In this document: piece by piece, positions 1 through 12,426 of the stretch | Position numbering within the stretch: the first letter of the stretch is position 1 | Layout: the number at the start of each line of letters is the position of its first letter | Source of the DNA: Octopus vulgaris | Lineage: Eukaryota | DNA length: 64,000 bases | Direction of reading: 5' to 3' | NCBI GenBank assembly: GCA_951406725.2 | Contig: OX597833.1 | Span: 56,544,001-56,608,000 of the forward strand | Translations under genes and position numbers: made by a program | Notes under the pieces: generated by a model | The model's input: only the letters and a program-made list of their open reading frames with translations | Told to the model about the DNA's origin: nothing | The model's database searches: none

Positions 1-1798
1 GTGCCACTGTCTTTTATTCAACTCAAGCATATACACACATGAAAAATATATGAAAAATGTTGTGATCATGATTCATTGATTACAATGCAGTAATCTTTGA
101 ACAGAAGACATACATTCAAAATCCTTCATAAGTTGAAAGACTGCCCACCCACCCAAAAGTTTAGTTTTATCCCTTAAGATGATTCCTCTGGTTCAATTTC
201 CAGGAGATAGTTTATAATAATTCTTATCTTGATTAACTAACACAGTTCTAACGCAATGTGATGCTAAGCTATTAATATGTTAATCCTCTGACTTCAACAA
301 GAAATTCATATTTTCTGTATTTCCTATTACTGGGTTGGATAATTCTGCAAATTTGAATATTTGTATATAAATTATTAGAGCAGTTATTTTTAAAGTTGAG
401 TGCCTTAACTACTCAACTTTGAAATTTATGCAGCATAGAAGACATAAGGAATAAGAATAATGGTTATATAATATACACTAAATTTATATTCAATGTATTA
501 TATTTAAAGATCACTCATAAAATACAGTGTACTATTATAAATAATGGGTGAGATTTTGATGGAATAACAATAGGATTTAAGGAATAACAATAGGATAACC
601 TTTATACTTTAAACAAATATTTGAACAAGTATGTAATTTACAACCCTGTAAACTAATGTTCTCACACCAATATTATTATAAATGTAAGTTCTTGGTTATT
701 TTTCTCTTAACCTTAATTTTTAGTGTGATTATTGTCAAATTATACTGTATTATTTCTATCCTTCGTGTTGTTACTGCTTATTATTGACTCATAAAACCAT
801 TTTAATAATGAATTGCTAGGAAAACTAAGATTAATCTCAATAATTGAATAGCAGCAATCAGGAACACAGAGTTGACATTACGTAGTTATTTATGTAAATA
901 AAACAAGAAAAGGTTGTACGGAATGAAATTATATAAAGTAAAGTTCTCAGTAGATTTGAATGATAACAAATTTGAAAGTGAAAATAAAATGGGACAAAAC
1001 AATTATAAAAATTCTAAAAAATATTTATAGTCAGAATATTAAGATGTATGTAGAGAAGAATGTAGTCGTTATTTGAAAAGAGCTTATCTTAGAAAATTTC
1101 AGGCTTACATTTGTAAGAAGTCTGTTGGTGTAATTGCAATACATTAAATGAATTGGGCCAAATTTTTATTTTTAAATTAACTTATAATTTCATTACACAA
1201 ACTTAACATCTATAATGACTTGTTAATTAAAACATCTGTGACTGAACAGTTATTTGACATCAGTTTATATATGAGCAGGTTTGTGCATGTGCATGCTTGC
1301 ACACATTGATGCTGCTATAACTTTCAATGTAAAGATGAAGAATTATACACACATAGATTCATCTACATCTATATAAGGTAGTATTCAATAGTACTCATAT
1401 ATACATACATATTATATAGATATTCATAATCATATCTCTTGTAGATAATTATACATACATGCAGACAACTATGTAAGTATTTGTCCTAATTCTATATAAT
1501 GTATTCTACAGTCATAAAAGCATACGTACAAATAATATTCCAGATATATTTGAAAACTCTACAAAACACTTCACACGGAAATATAAGCATGTCTTTCAAT
1601 AACAAAAAACACACAAAAAAAAAAAAAACTCAACAAAGGTTCAAATAAATTAAGTTCCGTGGATGATAAAGCGGAGAAGGACTACTGATGGAGCATAAAA
1701 TCATCTTCAAAACGGGTGACTAAAACAGCAAAATGTTGCGAAGTCAGTCTATGGGCAAAGGAGATCTATGGAGCAAGTCTATTGGCAAGAAAGTCAAC

Positions 1799-2281
1799 TC
1801 ATGTTTCATGCTTGCCTACCCTTGAGGTATCCTTGTGGTGGCTTTTTGAAGGTTTGCCATGGGACCCTCCATGTCCACGATGTCTGTTATGTCCATGTCT
1901 ATTCTGAAGTTTGAGCACCTTCATCTCTTTACGAGCTTTACGGCCCCGAATCATGGCCTGAATTTTTGTCGCAGCCTCATGAGCTCTTGGGTCTTCTGGA
2001 TCAACCGGTGGCAGTGTTTTCTCTGCATTTGCCTTCACTTTCATCACTTTCATTTGCTGGCGAGCTCGGAAACCACGAAACTGTGCCTGGATCTTGGTAG
2101 CAGCATGGTGGACATTTGGATCGTGGAGAAGCACATTTTCATCCTGGGTTTGTGGCGACTCTGGGTTCATGCGCTTGTGGTGGACATTCTGCTGGCGAGG
2201 ATTGTGCTGCTGGTGCATGTGTTTGTGGGAGTGGTGATGGTGGTGGTGGTGGTGGTGATGTCCCTGTTGAGACATTTCATC
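1799..2281 (-). CDS. His-rich double IQ-motif (calmodulin-binding) protein, GAP-43/neurogranin/PEP-19/Sp17-like IQ repeats; single-exon ORF from ATG 2275 or a spliced terminal exon from 2281
   Basis: 158-aa ORF with two canonical IQ motifs (HAATKIQAQFRGFRARQQMK; EAATKIQAMIRGRKARKEMK), each preceded by DP. N-terminal poly-His, His/Gly-rich C-terminus. GC-richer than flanks. Acceptor-like cttatcag|GAT GAA ATG is in frame. AATAAA on minus at 1165-1170. Confidence 0.85.
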   Translation of the reverse strand, partial: DEMSQQGHHHHHHHHHHSHKHMHQQHNPRQQNVHHKRMNPESPQTQDENVLLHDPNVHHAATKIQAQFRGFRARQQMKVMKVKANAEKTLPPVDPEDPRAHEAATKIQAMIRGRKARKEMKVLKLQNRHGHNRHRGHGGSHGKPSKSHHKDTSRVGKHET

Positions 2282-3089
2282 CTGATAAGATTGACAAACA
2301 ATTTCTAAAACTGAGAACAGTTTCTACATAGCGATATTATGTATATTGACAAAAACAAAGAAGGATCTCAAATAGTTACTCTAGAAAATATTCCTCTTAA
2401 TATGACACAAAAGTATGTACTGATTCTCTTACAGTTATCATAGCTTTTAAATTATTGAAAGAATATTCTCTTTTTGTTTCAAAAATACAGTATTTTTAAT
2501 AAAAATGATTCAAAATTATATCAATGTAAAAGGTTTGTCTTACAAAATATATACTTTACAGTGATATTATCATATATTTTACTATTAAATAAAATTTATT
2601 TTCACATTTTGTTAGACATATATTAATTGTAAACAAAATATAAGAGAACAAGCTAAAAGGAAGTTATCTACATATCCTTACTTACATGCGAGGTTAGTAG
2701 AAACAATGCATAGGGTAATGGAATAAAAAAATGTGTTTTTAGAAAGAATTTGATGCATCTAAAGTTCACTGTTTCGATTTACATAAATACAACTAAGTAG
2801 ATTGTAACGTTTCACAGGTTATTATGAAACCCCCTACACACAAATATGCATGTTTGTGTGTATGCATGTGTGTGTGAATGGATGCATATATATGTGTGGG
2901 TGTGTGTGTGCAAGTATATGTGTATGTGAATGCATGTATGTGTATATATCATACACACACAAGCGCGCATGGCAGCATGGAACATGGTTGCTAAATGACG
3001 ATACATATTTTTTCTTTTATGGCACAAAAATGAATTTCTTACATCATCATATATATACATATAAGTTTGTAGCTGTTTCCTACACCAGC

Positions 3090-3523
3090 TTCACATAGCA
3101 GCTCCAGCCCATCCAAAGTGCCTTGGTTCGCAGGATGGCCTGCTGTGCCTGAGGAGACCTATTGAGTCAAGTACATCAACATCAAAATAAAAATCAAATG
3201 GAAATTGTAGTTGTGATACCCGTGCCGGTGGTATGTAAAAAGCACCATTCGAACGTGGCTGATGCCAGCGCCGCCTTGACTGGCTTCCGTGACAGTGGCA
3301 CGTAAAAAGCACCAACTGATCATGGCTGTTTCCAGCTTCCACTGGCATGTAAAAAGCACCCACTACACTCACGGAGTGGTTGGCGTTAGGAAGGGCATCC
3401 AGCAGTAGAAACACTGCCAGATCAGACTGGAGTCTGGTGCAGCCTCCTGGTTTCCCAGACCCCAGTCAAACTGTTCAACCCATGGTAGCATGGAAAACAG
3501 ATGTTAAACGATGATGATCATGA
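3090..3523 (+). mobile_element. RTE 3'-UTR fragment with (GAT)n tail
   Basis: Contains GAGTGGTTGGCGTTAGGAAGGGCATCCAGC...GTTAAACGATGATGAT, the reverse complement of 3941-4130. Confidence 0.85.
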
Positions 3524-3531
3524 TGTGTGTA

Positions 3532-3896
3532 TACTCTTTTACTCTTTTACTTGTTTCAGTCATTTGACTGCGGCCATGCTGGAGCACCGCCAGTACTTAT
3601 TCTATCGGTCTCTTTTGCCGAACCACTAAGTGACGGGGACGTAAACACACCAGCATCGGTTGTCAAGCAATGCTAGGGGGACAAACACAGACACACAAAC
3701 ACACACACACATATATATATATATATACATATATACGACAGGCGTCTTTCAGTTTCCGTCTACCAAATCGACTTACAAGGCATTGGTCGGCCCGGGGCTA
3801 TAGCAGAAGACACTTGCCCAAGATGCCACGCAGTGGGACTGAACCCGGAACCATGTGGTTGGTAGGCAAGCTACTTACCACACAGCCACTCCTGCG

Positions 3897-3898
<2 letters not shown>
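3532..3898 (-). mobile_element. tRNA-derived SINE family A (CORE-like CTTGGGCAAGTG, internal TA/TG microsatellite, AAAAGAGT tail)
   Basis: On minus: A-box TGGCTGTGTGG, B-box GGTTCAGTCCC. Near-identical to copies at 25.4, 51.9, 54.7 and 58.6 kb. Confidence 0.85.
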
Positions 3899-3940
<42 letters not shown>

Positions 3941-3943
<3 letters not shown>

Positions 3944-5829
3944 TCATCATCATCATCATCATCGTTTAACGTCCGTTCTCCATGCTAGCATGGGTTGGAC
4001 GGTTCGACCAGGGTTCTGGGAAGCCAGAAGGCTGCACCAGGCTCCAGTCTAATCTGGCAATGTTTCTACAGCTGGATGCCCTTCCTAACGCCAACCACTC
4101 CGTGAGTGTAGTGGGTGCTTTTTACGTGCCACCTGCACAGGTGCCAGGCGGGGCTGGCAACGGCCACGGTCAGATTGGTGTATTTTATGTGCCACCGGCA
4201 CGGAAGCCAGTCGAGGCGGTGCTGGCATCGGCCACGAGTCGGATAGTGCTTTTTACGTACCACCAGACCAGGGATCCTGGCTGGTTCAATTCGATTTCGA
4301 TTTCGCTTGCCCCAACATGTCTTCACAAGCAAAGGGGGTTGGCATGGGTGCCTGTCGTACGGTCGCATTGGAGTATTTTACGTGCCACGGCCGCGAGTCG
4401 GATAGTGCTTTTTACGTACCACCAGACCAGGGATCCTGGCTGGTTCAATTCGATTTCGATTTCGCTTGCCCCAACATGTCTTCACAAGCAAAGGGGGGTT
4501 GGCATGGGTGCCTGTCGTACGGTCGCATTGGAGTATTTTATGTGCCACGGCCACGAGTCGGATAGTGCTTTTTACGTACCACCAGGCCAGGGATCCTGGC
4601 TGGTTCAATTCGGTTTCGATTTCGATTGCCCCAACATGTCTTCGCAAGCATGGGGGGATGGCATGGGTGTCTGTCGTCGGGTGAGGTTCTATATCGACTT
4701 CGCTTGCCTCAACCGGTCTTTGTGTCCAAGGGAGGAAAGGCATTCATAAGTGGGCTGGGCTCACTTGTCCTGCCTGGTCTTCTCACGTACAGAATATTTC
4801 CAAAGGTCTCGGTCGCTGGTCATTTCCTCAGTGAGGCCTAAAGTTCGAAGGTCGTGCTTCACCACCTCGTCCCAGGTTTTCCTGGGTCTACCTCTTCCAC
4901 GGGTTCCCTCAACTGCTAGGGATTGGCACTTTCTCACACACCCATCTTCATCCATTCTCGCCACATGACCATACCAGTGCAATCGTCTCTCTTGCACACC
5001 ACAACTGATCCTTCTTAGGTACAACATTTCTCTCAAGGTGCTAACGCTCTGTCGAGTATGTACACTGACATTACACATCCATCGGAGCATACTGGCTTCA
5101 TTCCTCACGAGCTTACGCATGTCCTCAGCAGTCACGGCCCATGTTTCGCTGCCATGTAGCATGGCTGTTCGTACACACGCATCATACAGTCTGCCTTTTA
5201 CTCTGAGCGAGAGGCCTTTAGTCACCAGCAGAGGTAAGAGCTCCCTAAACTTTGCCCAGGCTATTCTTATTCTAGCAGTTACACTTTCAGCGCACCCACC
5301 CCCACTACTGACTTGGTCACCTAGATAACGGAAGCTATCAACTACTTCTAGTTTTTCCCCCTGGAAAGTGACGGAAGTTGTTTTCTGCAGATTTTCGGAG
5401 GTTAATGCTCCCGAGCATCTGCCACATACAAAAACTATCTTCCCAGTTAGCCTACCTTTGACATTGCTGCACCTCTTATGTGTCCATAGCTTACACTGGG
5501 TACATCTTATAGAGTTTCTACCTACACCTTTTCTACAGATCGAGCAGGGCCATCTTCCTGAAGATAATTGTGGATTGTCTACCTTTCTACTTATTAGTAC
5601 TTTGGTTTTAGCTAGGTTGACTCTAAGGCCCCTTGATTCTAAACCCTCCTTCCACACCTGGAACTTCTCCTCCAGTTCTGATAGTGACTCAGCAATAAGA
5701 GCAAGGTCGTCAGCGTAGAGGAGCTCCCAGGGACAGCCTGTCTTGAATTCCTCCGTAATTGCCTGGAGTACTATGATAAATAGGAGGGGGCTGAGTACTG
5801 AACCCTGGTGGACCCCAACCTCTACTTTG

Positions 5830-5832
<3 letters not shown>
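3941..5832 (-). mobile_element. 5'-truncated RTE-clade non-LTR retrotransposon (RT C-terminal part, 3' UTR, (GAT)n tail)
   Basis: Uninterrupted frame to stop at 4761 with GVHQGSVLSPLLF, YADD (5706-5717), FRYLG and RTE-type C-terminus (LHWYGHVARM...RGRGRPRKTW). About 800-bp 3' UTR ending in (GAT)n. (TA)n on both sides. Confidence 0.95.
4230..4678. repeat. ~159-bp tandem repeat (about 2.8 copies) in the RTE 3' UTR
   Basis: Units begin GGCC(A/G)CGAGTCGGATAGTG at 4230, 4389 and 4549. Confidence 0.9.
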
Positions 5833-5889
<57 letters not shown>

Positions 5890-6072
5890 AGAAAAAATTC
5901 CATTTTTGATATATATTTTTTAATGGTTGTCAGGGCAAGCTTTTACAGCAATTTAAACGGACTGTTTTCTGCTACACAACTACTTGAAAAAAATACTATG
6001 AGCTTATATGAAGCTGAATTCACAATCTAGTTTCAATTTTTAGCTGTAACAGTTTCATTTCACTTATCTTAC

Positions 6073-6187
6073 TGATGTCTTTGACAAAGCTGTGACTGTC
6101 CCAACCTTCTGTAACCCCATTCCATCAATCAATGTAACACTCAGAGAATTTGGTGAATAGTTAATTGTAAAAGGCAAAGACAATATT
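6073..6187 (-). CDS. Candidate internal exon (ILSLPFTINYSPNSLSVTLIDGMGLQKVGTVTALSKTS)
   Basis: ctaattcatttccatag acceptor and TCA|gtaaga donor flank an open frame ending in phase 0. No recognisable homology. Confidence 0.25.
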
Positions 6188-6839
6188 CTATGGAAATGAA
6201 TTAGCTTGTAATAAATCCATTTTCTTCTTGAATTGATTATCTTTATCAGCATGTTACTTTGTCCTTTTCCATAATTAAGCACAGATAACAATGTACTCTT
6301 AGATTCATATCTCAAGATTTGTAAGATGTATTAGCTTCGAGAGTGTGTGAAAGTTTCATTGATTCAACTGAAATCAAATCTCTGAATGCATGAAGTATGC
6401 TAAACAGCTAAATTCTATACGACAAGCTTTACTTTGTAATCTCTTTTGTCCAAGTCTATCTAAGAAATGAGTTAAGGATAGAGAAAGTAATGCTCAAATA
6501 CAGTTGAGATAAAATGATTGATTGAACACAGTATATGTATAATTAACAATTAAAGGACTGTTAAGTCAAATTCTACTGAAAGTATTCCATTGTCTTTAAG
6601 TAAAACACTAGATTCTACAGGAGAATAGGTTTATATTAGGCTTTGTGGGAGAAGTTATCAATGATGTCAAGTACACTATTCACAAGGAATATTTATTCTC
6701 CATCCATTAAGGCTGTAGAAATTGAATATCAGGGGTACAGGCCCTATGAATCCCTATTAAATAAAAACTGTAAAATAGTGAATTCTGCTTTAACCACCTA
6801 TTCTAAGAATATGCAAAACATGCTGGTATGGAAAAACAG

Positions 6840-7256
6840 GGATCTTTTCGGTTTGAACGGCAGTTTTTTCTAGCAGTGTCATATGAAATTGTCACCCATA
6901 ATTATGACCCTAGAATCGATCTATTGCATTTCAATATGTTTTAGGGTTAGGGTTAGGGGTGGGAGGAAGGGTATCTTTTTTTCTTCACAAATGTAAATAA
7001 ACCCAATCTGTTTCTTAAACGAGGGACATATTCATACGGCACAGAATGCTTTTTAACTCAATAGACATCACTGATTGGTTGAAATTGCAGAAATTGAAGA
7101 AAAAAAACAACAAATATCTTACAAACTATAGAATTTTCTCAATAAAGCCAAGAGAAAAAAATGTTTTATAAACACATTCTACCAGTATACGAAGTTTAAC
7201 ATTTTTTAGTTACCTAGAAATTATGTTAAAAACTGCCGTTCAAACCGTAAAGCTCC
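6840..7256. mobile_element. MITE with 29-bp TIRs and 8-bp TSD (Merlin-like), internal TTAGGG repeats
   Basis: TIR GGATCTTTTCGGTTTGAACGGCAGTTTTT vs AAAAACTGCCGTTCAAACCGTAAAGCTCC (2 mismatches). TSD AAAAACAG at 6832-6839 and 7257-7264. Confidence 0.85.
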
Positions 7257-8618
7257 AAAAACAGATGATGATGGCAGCGATGGTGATAACAATGAAATAA
7301 ATCTGTTAGTCTGAGCTCTAAATGAATATAGGGAAGTTAATGCAAAATTAAAAATTACATTTCAATCTAGCTGATACTTTCAAGAAACTAACATGAATTA
7401 CCTTTAAAATCTGTTTGAGAATTCAAATACAATCTAGCAAGGAAAGATTCACATAGCTAAAGGAAAAAGCTAAAATGATGTTTACCAAATCTTATAGCAA
7501 ACATTATTTGAGTTAATCAGAAGCTATATTAATGGAAAAGTGTTACATTCAAGATTATTCATGATTAGTTGAAAAGTAAATTTAACTACATTAGAACTGC
7601 TTAGAAATGTTAAAAACCGTTTATATTTACTTATATTGAACTAGCTAAAATACTCAGATATTTCCAAAGACATTAGATGTCTTAATGCATAATATCCTTT
7701 GGATCAGTCATGGGTGGCCTGCAGTACTTTCTGAACAGCATGTCTAATGATAAATTATCTAGAATTTTTTTTAGTAGTATGGCCCACCTTATGATGAGCC
7801 ATGTCTCATATGGTCGACTTCTTGAAAAAGATTGCCTATGCCTGCTTTAGACATTACTGATGTGACATGTTTTACATAACTACCACTAAACTGTGATTTG
7901 ATTATTACTTAAGTATTGAAAAAAAAAAAAGCTACTAGAATGGCTGTACAGATATTTTTATTTGAATGTACACTTCAATATAGACTTCCATCAGGTAAGG
8001 ATAGTATTTTCTTCTTGTTAAGCACCTGGAGAAAATACTGACTTTTTAAAACCTTTTTTAGATCTCTGATAATCTTTTGTAAAGTTAAACAGTTGAGAGA
8101 CAAACAACCTCCTACATAAGATGTGTATCTCCCAAAGATTGCTTTGGCATTGAGAGAAGTCAACAATGAAATACAAGGGGTTACCCATCCATCAGTTAAT
8201 TAAACACTTTGTACACACATAGTGCTGATGACAAAATATGAACTGACAATCTCTTGCCTTTATGCTCAGTACCTTATAAACTTGGCCGTTTGTGATTTCC
8301 TGGCCATTCACAAAATACTAAAAGAGAGTAATATTGAATAATTCTAATTTAGCTTTCTGAACATTGCTTCGTTTGAGAAGCTACATATATGATAACCCCA
8401 AACCACTAAAATTTATTTATCAACATGTTAAAGCTTGCCAAGGATTTTTGAACTTAACTTTAATGTAGCCTGAAATGTATAGTACAAAATTTATTTATAA
8501 ATATGTTTTTTTTTATATTTCTAAGCAAGCTCACTGTATTTAGATTTTATAAATATTTCTTCCAAATTCAATTTACTTCAATTTTATTGAAAATGTAAGA
8601 AAAATATTATGTGTGTGG

Positions 8619-8653
<35 letters not shown>

Positions 8654-10139
8654 CATACACATATATATGTATATATACACACACACATATATATTGTGTC
8701 TATGCAGAAAAACACATACACACATTTATGTGTAAGTGTGCACACATGTGTGTTCATGCATGTATATATACAAACACACACATTTTAAAGAGATTGTAAT
8801 TCAAATATGCTTGCAACTAAGAGTTTATCTAAGAATGGTTCTCCTTAAAACATGGCTAAATTTCAATGCAATTTTCCATTTAATGTTTTGAGTTGGTTTT
8901 GATTTTACTAGACATTCCTTTGAGAGTGAGAGGAGGAAAAAAAAATGAGAGCTGCTGATTTTGAAGAATGCAAAATTACAGAAAGTAAATAGATTTAACA
9001 TCTGGAAGAATCTTGATTACCATAACTTTAGATAACAACAAATTTAAGATTCATTAAAATAAATAAAAACAAAAACAAGACAAGCATTATTAGTTGATTA
9101 CCAAATTACCAAAAGAAAAAAATGTAAGCACAACAAATATTAAAAACCATGCGGGATTAAGAGATGCTTGTCGAAGATTTAGATGTTTTTAATATTTTTT
9201 TTAAAATTGAAGTTAACTGAAGGCAAATGGGGTTCGTATAAAGAGATTCAAAGAAAGTCTCTAATGATTAAATCAAGATCTAAGATGGGAAGTAAAAAAA
9301 AATATATATATGTATAATGAAAATGAAAATATTCATTAAAGGACTTCAAAGGTGCCTTGGTTACATTTCTTTTAGTAAATAAATATACTTTGATTAGATT
9401 TCCTTAGGCAAATGGCTATATATAGATATAGAGTTTTTGGTGGGGTACCTTCATCAGTTCTACTAAAGCAAATCAATTGAATATTTGATTGATATTTTTC
9501 ATTTTGGTTACACTTGTTTTTGAGGTAGTTTTAACATTAGGAAGTTTATAATGGGAAATCTGACTACTATATTAAGCAGATTCAATCATAACATGGAAGT
9601 TCTCACAGCTTAATTACAAATACTTGTCATTATTTAGCAACAAGTCAATCCTAGTCATATAAAACTATGAATAAAGGCATGCCAGTCATGACCATCCAAT
9701 CTTTTAAGAAATATGTAAGGCTATATTATACAATGTATGCTATATATTTTTTAAACAATAAAGCATTTTTTGATGGGGATTTGACTACTATTTCTAGCAG
9801 GTTAAATCAACACCTAGCAGCTTTCTTGTAGGCTTGCAATTACATGTGGTAATTGGTGAAGTTGTAACAGATATATAATTAATGCTGTTGCATCCAGATG
9901 TATCCTTAGTTAATGCATTTCAATGCTGTAGTTTTTGCAGTAAGATGCACACATACAACTTAAGGATTAGTATCACAATAATTTAGCTTACATCCATTAA
10001 ACCACCTAGAAATAAAAAAAATAATAATCACTGCAATATTCACAATTTCTTAGAAATTAATAACTATGGAGTATATAAATAAATACTCAGGTATAAGAAC
10101 AGGTAAGTGGATCTGATAATGGACTCACAATTCATTTGT

Positions 10140-10290
10140 CTGGAGTTGGCCCCAGATCAACCCTGACTGAGCAGACTTATGATCAAAGACATTCCAACCA
10201 TGACCATTTTGATTTTTTTAAGACTAGTAGGACTATACTGTCTAATGCTCTTTCTTTAATTAACATGTAAGGATGTAATCTGAGAGTTTT
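10140..10290 (-). repeat. Degenerate interspersed repeat (SINE/LINE-tail family; related pieces at ~9650-9840, 23510-23680, 33370-33555, 39700-39780, 40110-40210, 54000-54080)
   Basis: Shared motifs GATCAAAG(A/G)CATTCCA(A/G)CCATGACCAT and CAAATCTYCCTYAAATCAC. Confidence 0.5.
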
Positions 10291-11856
10291 TTTGTTTTTT
10301 TTTAAGCAAGTCAAGCAACCATGTAGGTGCTTGCATATTAGTCCACAGTTTAATTCACAAGTGTCCCTTGCTAATACCCTTAATGTCAAATGTTTCCGTT
10401 TCCCTAACTGTTGGGAAATCTTCAGGGAATGTTACCCTTCACAATCTGATAGCCTGTCCAAGGAAGATTTATTTCCCATTTTCTTAATAGCAAAACATGA
10501 AACTAAGCATTAGGCTGGCATCATGAGTCTCTGAAAACATATATGATAACACATGTCAGTATCAGACTGAAAGAATTCAGTCAACACAAGACTGATGGAT
10601 AAATAATTCTTTTTAATATGATTGTATCAATTTCCTAGCACCATTGGTTTCCTGCAGGGCTAATCTGCATTTATTCAACCAGGGTTTGAAATACTCTTCT
10701 CTACTAAATTTGACTCTCATCAAATCTAATGGTAGGCAAATTATTAAAATGTATAGCAACATATACATAAATATATGGGGTCTTTGACTAATCTTTTTCT
10801 CCACGGTACTTAATGTTTTTGCAACTCCATAAGAACATAGTAAAAAAGAAGATTGTTCAGTAAGTATGTTTAAAGGTGTGTGTGTGTGTGTGTGTGTGTG
10901 TGTACATGAAGGGATAGTTTATGTAAGAGAGTCTTGAATCATTAACCAAAGTATCTTGTTTTATACTAGATGCCAGATGGCATATTTCTTTTCTTCCAGC
11001 CTAAAGAGTTAAGCTGGCTTGTTAGTTTTAATGGAAATATATTGTAGATTTTATAGGAAAACTACCTACCTAGTCTGCTGCAATAAATGGCTTCACCCTA
11101 ACACCAACCAAACATTCAACTTCCATACTGCCAAGCTGATTATGAAACCACATTGAACATTTAAGGTTGATGTTTATCCAATAATTGAGAAAGCATACAA
11201 GCTGAAATTTGGTGTTAGTTTTCTCACTGTGTCTGTTGACTAAATCTGGTTATTTACAGCACTCTGGCTGTGCCTGTTGACTAAAGGGATTTATTCCAGA
11301 CATTTCTATCAATATCAAAGATCTAAAAGTATTTTCTTTTAGCATTTCTACCTAATTCATTAACATTTTTAGCAAATCCACCTAACTAAAAAATGCTTAC
11401 TTTTAGTATATCTAGCAATTTAAGTTGGTTAAATATGCTTTTATAATGCAAAGTTTGTAAATTTACATAACTTTGTCTGCAGTAGGGAAAAAAGAGGACT
11501 GATATTTTGAGCTAAAATCCTTTATTGGAGAGAAGAAATAATTTAGAAACGACTATAAATATTTCTTCTATATGCAGTAAGATGTATGTTGACTTAAGTA
11601 AGGAGATGAAAGTTTAAGTTCCATGAGGTTCCCAAATTCTTATTCTTGCTCATATTCCCTGTATATCTGTGTGTTTTACATCACACACACATATACATGA
11701 GAGAAAGAAAATAGAAATTTGACAACCTAGTGGGATTCAAACTCTTGCCTACTCATTATGGCCTTGATGAAATGAACCCATGCCAGTATGGAAAGCGGAT
11801 GTTAAACGACGACGACGGTGATTACATGTATTCTACTAAATACACGCACGCGCATG

Positions 11857-11877
11857 CACACACACACACGCACGCGT

Positions 11878-11938
<61 letters not shown>
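11857..11938. repeat. (CA)n microsatellite
   Basis: Long CA run. Confidence 0.95.
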
Positions 11939-11941
<3 letters not shown>

Positions 11942-12391
11942 CTTCTGATCCCCAGTTGGACTTTCTGTCAATCAGTGAAATCAACTGATTGGACCTCTCA
12001 AACTATATATTCATTCAGTACAGTTGATTCTCCAAAACCGTCATACAGTCAAAACACAACAATCATAGTATATTTTTAATCTAAAACTATTTGGTTACTT
12101 CACTTAATAAACTCACATATATGAAATAATAAAACAATCATCCATAAACAATTGAAAGAAAAAATAATAATCAAAAGAATCTATATAATCAAGAAAGGAA
12201 TAATTTGAGATGAAAGAACTGATTGATTGAAACACCTTTATCATCTCTTTTATTATATCTTTCCTCATAACATTTCATTATTTAGTTCCAATCTTTTTCT
12301 TTTTCCTCTGCGCTATTTTAGGTTTTGATAAAAACACTTGGCTAAGATGACTGTAAGCAATAAAGTGGGGAGGGAGGGATATTAGTAGTTA

Positions 12392-12426
<35 letters not shown>

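Noticed and set aside
1859-2308. Plus-strand 149-aa hydrophobic ORF
   Set aside because: Antisense shadow of the His-rich IQ ORF.
3982-4749. 255-aa ORF with internal repeats
   Set aside because: Antisense reading of the RTE 3' UTR tandem repeats; no domain signal.
5833-5903. N-terminus of the 380-aa RT ORF (MEFFLDIYIY...)
   Set aside because: Flanking DNA and (TA)n fortuitously in frame with the truncated RT.
6941-6960. Telomere
   Set aside because: Only about 3 TTAGGG units, internal to a MITE.
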